Translations under genes and position numbers: made by a program
Origin: Eledone cirrhosa
Taxonomy: Eukaryota
Length of the DNA: 64,000 bases
Assembly: GCA_964016885.1 (NCBI GenBank)
Contig: OZ024760.1
Location: 15,004,001-15,068,000, forward strand
Reading direction: 5' to 3'
In this document: positions 56,639 to 64,000 of the stretch, one piece after another
Position numbering within the stretch: the stretch's first letter is position 1
Layout of the letters: each line of letters opens with the position of its first letter
Notes under the pieces: generated by a model
What the model was told of the DNA's origin: nothing
Seen by the model: only the letters and a program-made list of their open reading frames with translations
The model's database searches: none

Positions 56639-57698
56639 AAGAGTGAAGAATAACATGGTCAACAGTACAAGAAGGGTTTTATTTACAGTATTAACAATTG
56701 TTTCATTGATTGAGTTGTCTTAAAATTGCTAATCACTTGAAGTTGTGTCACTCAATTTTAAATACGATGACCATACTCGATAATGAGAGGGCAGCCATCA
56801 TCATGTATATATATATATATATATGAGCGGTTCGTGTGCATGATATGTTTATATATGTATGCATAGATATAGATATATATGTTTATATATGTATACAAAT
56901 GACCCTCAAAAGTATAACAATATAATTATATATATATATATATATATATACACATAGAGAGCGAGAGAGAGATACACCAATGCAAAAATATCGACAGTCG
57001 CTTGCTTGATTGTTTGTTTACTTTTTACATAAACATCTAGAGTTACCTCCCTTGTACTTGTAATATTGCCACCTCCGACACACACGCAAAAGTTCCGTTG
57101 CGTCATTTTACGTAAAACATATATGTTTACATACACACACACACAAGCTCTCTCTCTCTCTCCCCCCCTCTCTCTCTCTCTCTCTAATTGTGCTGGAAAT
57201 TCATAAATAAACTGATTGAGTGATTATTATTGTCAATTGATTTCGAAGAAATGAAAATATATATATTGTCTTACAATTCACCGTATTCATTTCGCATGCT
57301 GCTTCGTTCACACTCACGCACACACCCACACACACACCTAAGCAACTACACACACGCATGCATACACACAGACACATGCAGACACGCGTGCGCTCTTACA
57401 CACACACGTATATCCGCACATGTTTGTGGAAGTATGTATGTATGTATGTATGTATGAATATATATATGTGTATGTATGTATACATGCATATATGTGTTTG
57501 TTTAAATATGTGTATACATGTGTGTGTATGTATGTATGTATGTATGTATGTTACTGTGTATGTGTTTGTACGTATGTGAGTACATTTATATTTTACGTAC
57601 AAAGTCCTAAAATGTTTATATATATATATACACAAACATATCAGTATATATATATATATACAAACATATCAGTATATATATATATATATACAAACATA

Positions 57699-57739
<41 letters not shown>

Positions 57740-57838
57740 ATAAAAATAAATTTGAAGACTAAAATCCAAAGAGGGCTCGATAAGGATAAATATATTTCAA
57801 ATATATAAGAACCGTAAAGCAAATATTTATTAAAATAA

Positions 57839-57944
57839 CAGATTAAAGTTTAAGCAAAGAATCGCTGCTTTCACCCTTAACGAGATCTTCTGAGTTTCAC
57901 CGTTAAGGGTGAAAGCAGCGATTCTTTGCTTAAACTTTAATCTG
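57839..57944. repeat. Perfect 44-bp inverted repeat with an 18-nt loop
   Basis: 57839-57882 is the exact reverse complement of 57901-57944; flanked by ~95-bp direct repeats. Confidence 0.95.
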
Positions 57945-58191
57945 CCATTTTAACAAATATATGTATATATATAGTAATAATAATAAATTTGAAGACTAAA
58001 ATCTAAAGAGGGCTCGATAAGGATAAATATATATAAAATATATAAGAACCGTAGAGCAAATATTTTAATATATATATATATCAGATTACAAACAAAAATT
58101 ACCATTCCTGGATGCCTTCAATAAAATAATGGTGAGGTGACCTGTTTCTCACAAAATGAAGAATTTGTCAAAGTCTGGGACATATTTTGTT

Positions 58192-58226
<35 letters not shown>

Positions 58227-58323
58227 TTCACTCATTAATTTATTCCATTACTGGTGTTGTTCAGTAGACTGCAGCCATGGTGAGGACTTGTTTTGAAGTG
58301 ACCTCAAGACAACATGGCTGCAC

Positions 58324-58395
<72 letters not shown>

Positions 58396-58699
58396 TCATT
58401 GGACTTATACCATTAAGTTTAAGTTCACATGAAGATATGTCACTATCTTAACACCAAATATTATATTTTATCTGATGAAAGTGTACTTAAATAGTGGTTG
58501 GTGATAGGAAGGACATAGAAAACCTGCTAGATGACAGGATATTGAACAGAGCAGGATGGAATATTTGATGAGATCTTGGTGTTAGATCTTAGATCACAAA
58601 GATGGACCAGAAAAGATTTTTCATAGTTCTTTGTACCTTCATGGTAAATAGCTCTCCATTTTGTACCATTTTCCAAGAGATGTCAACATGAATGGACCT

Positions 58700-58891
58700 G
58701 TTATTTTTATCTAAAGACGTTTTTTCCAATTCCAACCCACCCGTCCCCTAAATCTATCTTATTTCTCATTCTTTCTTCTGATGAAGGACTAGCGTCCGAA
58801 ACGTTATGACCTTCTTCCTGCTATATCAAGCGTTAACCTAATATATCCTTTCCATATACTGTACCGATTGTGTTATTTCTGTTTACCTTTT
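58700..58891 (+). mobile_element. Penelope-like pLTR-type short element with hammerhead motif
   Basis: Paralogue of 4981-5178; ends in (CA)n(TA)n. Confidence 0.6.
58774..58809 (+). ncRNA. Minimal hammerhead-like motif (second copy of the 5066 family)
   Basis: TCTT-CTGATGA-A-GGAC-TAGC-GTCC-GAAA-CGTT-ATGA. Confidence 0.55.
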
Positions 58892-59088
58892 ACACACACA
58901 CACACATATATATATATGCGTGTGTGTGTGTATATATATATATATATATTTATATATCTCATCATCATCATTGTTTAAGGTCCATTACGTGTTACTAGAA
59001 GCCGTTTTCGTTGTCATGTGTATTACATATACAACAATAATTACGTATCATAGATAATTAGACCTACAGGTGATATATGTACATATAG

Positions 59089-59134
<46 letters not shown>

Positions 59135-59159
59135 GTGTATATATATATATATATGTGTG

Positions 59160-59197
<38 letters not shown>

Positions 59198-59842
59198 GTG
59201 TGAATGTTCAGGTTTGGAAGCAAGCAAGTCTCGTTCATGAAGGCGAAGTCTGCTGTGACTGAAGAAATAAATACATACATACAAAATATTACATTAATAA
59301 ACAAAGTAAATAAACCTAGAAAACAAACAAACAAATATAAAAACATAATAGCTAAAATAAAACAACATAATAACTACATAACATAAAAAATAAACAACAC
59401 TCCCTCCACCCCTTCTTCTCTGTTTTGTCATTTGCACCTCTCCCTTTCCTCCTGTTTTACCCCCTCCCTCTTTTTTTATCTACCTTTTTCTCTCTCTTAA
59501 ACCTTCCTCCGCCTTTCTTGTTGTATATGTAACCCTCCCATTTTTCCTCTCGACGGACGGTGAAATTTGATTGGTTGATATATATGTGTCGTCAGAAGCA
59601 TTGTATGATGGCGCCTTCTGTTGGACTTCCTGTTTCACTCGAGGTGGAAAGTTAAGATGACTTTAAAGGTATTGTTCAGAAAAAAAAACAAACAACATTT
59701 ACTCGTTGAAAATATTTTTTTAATTATTATTATTTCTTCTTTCTTTATACTTCATCATCTGTTCATAATTAATCGCATCCATTTATATTACATTTGCTTT
59801 CGTTCGCAACATATTTCCTTCGATCAGATATACTATATATCT

Positions 59843-59874
<32 letters not shown>

Positions 59875-59912
59875 ACTCCATTCACACTCACGTTAGAATA
59901 TTCTACACATAC

Positions 59913-59958
<46 letters not shown>

Positions 59959-60486
59959 ATATGTAAGATTTAATATAAGAATGGCTTCTACAGGACTAGA
60001 AGTGTTTCATTCGAAGGAAAGCACCGGGCTTTCCTGATGATTTCCTGCTAATGAAACAGTTCTAATCCTGTAGAAGCCATTTCTATATTAAATATTGTAT
60101 ATACTCTACTAATGCATCGAGTACCTTACTGTGGTTACCCCCGACTGAACCCAGGACTCATATATATATATATATATATAATTGTAGTGGATGTTGCTGG
60201 CCTTATGCCTAAATTAGAAACCATTATTATTTATTATCCCGTCTGGGGGTGGGGATCTGGATGGGTGGGAAACAAGAGACAGACTCAATAGTTCTTATTT
60301 GTTACACTTTTTTTTTGTTGTATTTGTGTATGTAGCTTACAGTTTAGTTCCTTGTATATATATATATACACACATGATATCTACATGTCGATTTCTATTC
60401 CACTCCTTCCTGTATGATCATGTATATATACACATACATATGTTTGTGCGTGTATATATATACACATATATATATGTGTGTAAGCT

Positions 60487-60530
<44 letters not shown>

Positions 60531-60714
60531 AGCTTACATATTTGTTTCTTGCATATGTCGATATGTCTATCAGTCATATACACACACTACTGTTTGTGTG
60601 TGTGTATATATGTATGATATATATATATATATACATATACATATATGAATGTCTGTCGGTCTTCTTTCGTCATGTACTCTCGGGATACTAAAAGAAATAT
60701 TGGTATTTTACATC

Positions 60715-60755
<41 letters not shown>

Positions 60756-61284
60756 CTTCTTGCTAAAACAATCTCTATACGTCTCATTTATATATATATA
60801 TATATATATATTAGAATTGGTGCTCTGAAATAGCTATATGGATGTCAAACATATATATATATATATATATATCCTACCTATTTTATACACTTTCATTTAT
60901 ATCTTCTTCGTTTATGTATAATGTCAGTCTATATACATTCTCATCTGTATATATCTGCACATAACTACCTATATATATATATAATCTATGTATATATACC
61001 TATATTTGTCTCTATCAGACTAAACGATCGTCTGATATATATATAATATATATATATATATATGTCACCCTCTCTCTAGTTTTCTGTGGTGTATAATTTT
61101 TTAGTATCTGTCCACATCTGTCTATAGTCTAATTCTATGTGAAGATGTATATAAACCTGTCTGTATGCAACACTCATTTCTAGCCGTCTGGCTGTCTGTC
61201 TATCCTCTCTAGATCTGGCTTACCATAAGCAACCTGTCTGCCAATGTCTGTGTCTGTCTAATAATTTTACATAGATCACCTATA

Positions 61285-61353
<69 letters not shown>

Positions 61354-61531
61354 CAGACATACACACACACTCTGCATATGCAAGTGCGTATGTACTTAGA
61401 AAAAACATCCGTCTCATCAAATTGTTTTACTGCCGTTCTGATAAAATTATATAATTTTCCTGGGGTTTTTTAGCCCCCTAATTTTTGCTAATAACATATT
61501 TAATATCAATACACCTCGATATAAAATATGT

Positions 61532-61575
<44 letters not shown>

Positions 61576-61681
61576 ATATATTATACGGTTTCTTTCATCC
61601 GGTTAAGCTTAACCGCAGAGCAGAAAATCTTAATGCTCAGTTGAATGATTTTACTGGTTTAACTAGTAACATCTATGTATG

Positions 61682-61733
<52 letters not shown>

Positions 61734-62086
61734 ACATAGGTAACAATCAAATTTTGTTTAAGGCATTTAATTGCCAACGGTAATAAAAGGGTAATACACA
61801 ATATTACCCGTATCTTATTTATAATTATACATATATATGTATAACTATTACTATGTATATATATATAGAGAGAGAGTGAATGAATTTCACTATAAAGACT
61901 TGAGTGTGTGTACATCTGTGCGTATATGTGTGTGTATATATATATATGAATGTTTGTGTACGTACTTATGTATGTCTTTAATGGCAAATGTAGTGTGTTT
62001 GATATAGTGTACTTTTCGATGACCGCGATATCGAGCTTAAATTCTCTTGTCAATAAGGTAAATCACACACACATACATACACACAC

Positions 62087-62118
<32 letters not shown>

Positions 62119-62315
62119 ACATACATACATACATATATATGTATACTCACACATGGATTCTAGTTATTTTCTCTTGAAAATATTAACATATCAATGTTGC
62201 CCCACCCCTCAGTCGGCTCTTTCAATGATTTATATATAAAAATATATACGAAAAAAAAAAATTCGTCAATACTATTACCACCAATAATAACATACATCAA
62301 AGCCTTTTCTCTCCC

Positions 62316-62370
<55 letters not shown>

Positions 62371-62505
62371 CAAAGATTAATACGGTTCATTGATTACTCA
62401 ATGAATATAGTTTTACAATAGATTAAAAGCACTCTACAAAGAAGTTTTCTGGAGTTATTAATATTATTCAAAATATTAATAAATGAAGACATTCACATAA
62501 TTAAA

Positions 62506-62577
62506 ATATGTTTTATTATATATATTTCGGAGGTACTGTGCTGTTTTGTCAGTACGTCCTCGTCAGATAAGATACAT
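62506..62577 (-). ncRNA. Minimal type-I hammerhead ribozyme (inverted twin copy)
   Basis: Reverse complement reads UCUUAU-CUGACGA-GGACGUACUG-ACAAAACAGCA-CAGUACCUCC-GAAA-UAUAUA-UA-AUAAAA, with one stem I mismatch. Confidence 0.72.
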
Positions 62578-62676
62578 GAATTGATGTATGACATACCTCA
62601 ACTGTCTTGATGGTTTAATTTGACTGCCAAGACTGGAATTGAACCATCAAGACAGTTGAGGTATGTCATACATCAA

Positions 62677-62752
62677 TATATGTATTTTATCTGACGAGGA
62701 CGTACTGAAAAAACAGCACAGTACCTCCGAAATATATATAATAAAACATATA
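62677..62752 (+). ncRNA. Minimal type-I hammerhead ribozyme
   Basis: UUUUAU-CUGACGA-GGA(C)GUACUG-loop-CAGUAC(C)UCC-GAAA-UAUAUA-UA^-AUAAAA. The core is intact, stem II has 9 bp, stem I has 6 bp plus an extension, and the predicted cut is after 62740. Confidence 0.8.
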
Positions 62753-62790
62753 TTTTAATTATGTGAATGTCTTCATTTATTAATATTTTG

Positions 62791-62826
<36 letters not shown>

Positions 62827-62917
62827 CGAAGGGAATGTAGCAAGGAACCAGGTGGACCATAACGCACCAAAGTACTCAATACTTAGGGTAGTAGAGTGGG
62901 TAATAGGAAAAAGTATG

Positions 62918-63003
62918 ACCCCGACGGCTGAGCTCAAGCCGTTTCGACGGCTAATTCAGTCCAGAATTAGCCGTCGAAACGGCTTGAGCTCAGCCGTCGG
63001 GGT
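62918..63003. repeat. Perfect 40-bp inverted repeat with a 6-nt loop
   Basis: ACCCCGACGGCTGAGCTCAAGCCGTTTCGACGGCTAATTC followed by AGTCCA and its reverse complement. Confidence 0.95.
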
Positions 63004-63021
63004 TCTACTCGCTCCTATATA

Positions 63022-63057
<36 letters not shown>

Positions 63058-63086
63058 GCGAAGCCTGTATATCTTCTTTTTCTCAC

Positions 63087-63242
<156 letters not shown>

Positions 63243-63769
63243 AAGTGCTTGTGTCTGACTATGTGTGAATTTCTGGCGATCGCTTCTCATATTTTCCTTT
63301 CCATACTGTATATATTTTCTCTTCTTTTCTCTCACTATCTGTTTGGATATTTCGAACCAATTCACCCCATATTTACCATAGCTATCGCCTGGAACCACTG
63401 TCTGAACAGCCAGACATGTCTGCGCATATCATATATATATGTGTGTGTGTGTGTGTGTGTATGTATATATATATATAGTCATATATGTGAGTATGTATGT
63501 ATGTGTATATATATATATATATGTGTGTGTATGTATGTATGTGTATATATATATATATGTATGTATGTGTATATATATATATATATGTATGTATGTGTAT
63601 ATATATATATATATGTATGTATGTGTATATATATATATATATGTATGTATGTGTATATATATATATATGTATGTATGTGTATATATATATATATGTATGT
63701 ATGTGTATATATATATATATATGTGTGTATGTATATATATATATATATAATCATGTATGTGTATATATA

Positions 63770-63823
<54 letters not shown>

Positions 63824-63841
63824 CATGTATGTGTATATATA

Positions 63842-63877
<36 letters not shown>

Positions 63878-63893
63878 CATGTATATGTATATA

Positions 63894-63957
<64 letters not shown>

Positions 63958-64000
63958 CATGTATATGTGTATGCATATATATATATAATCATGGGTGTTT

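Larger units (their letters stand above)
62461..62798. repeat. Long inverted repeat (about 160-bp arms, 16-nt loop)
   Basis: 62461-62620 is reverse complementary to 62637-62798 with only a few mismatches/indels. Confidence 0.95.

Overview
Eukaryotic, AT-rich DNA saturated with microsatellites. The SINE families, the (TA)n/(CA)n/(GA)n/(GGT)n density and the gene structure point to a coleoid cephalopod, most likely Octopus (inference). Almost all ORF-track entries are microsatellite artefacts. One complete protein-coding gene can be reconstructed by hand: PRKCSH (glucosidase II beta subunit), minus strand, 16 coding exons from 55084 to 36274, 1758 nt, 585 aa, with GT-AG junctions in consistent phase and a C-terminal RDEL. 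The rest is SINEs, LINE remnants (RTE, R4/Dong-like, Tx1-like), mariner/hAT/TTAA-flanked MITEs and minisatellites. The most striking unexplained pattern is a set of short fold-back (long inverted-repeat) elements embedded in (TA)n tracts. Several carry hammerhead-ribozyme cores, including a pair of canonical minimal type-I hammerheads in inverted orientation at about 62.5-62.75 kb. Several also share a sub-terminal motif, and one member carries a tRNA-Val-like cassette. They look like a (TA)n-associated Penelope-like/retrozyme-type non-autonomous system.
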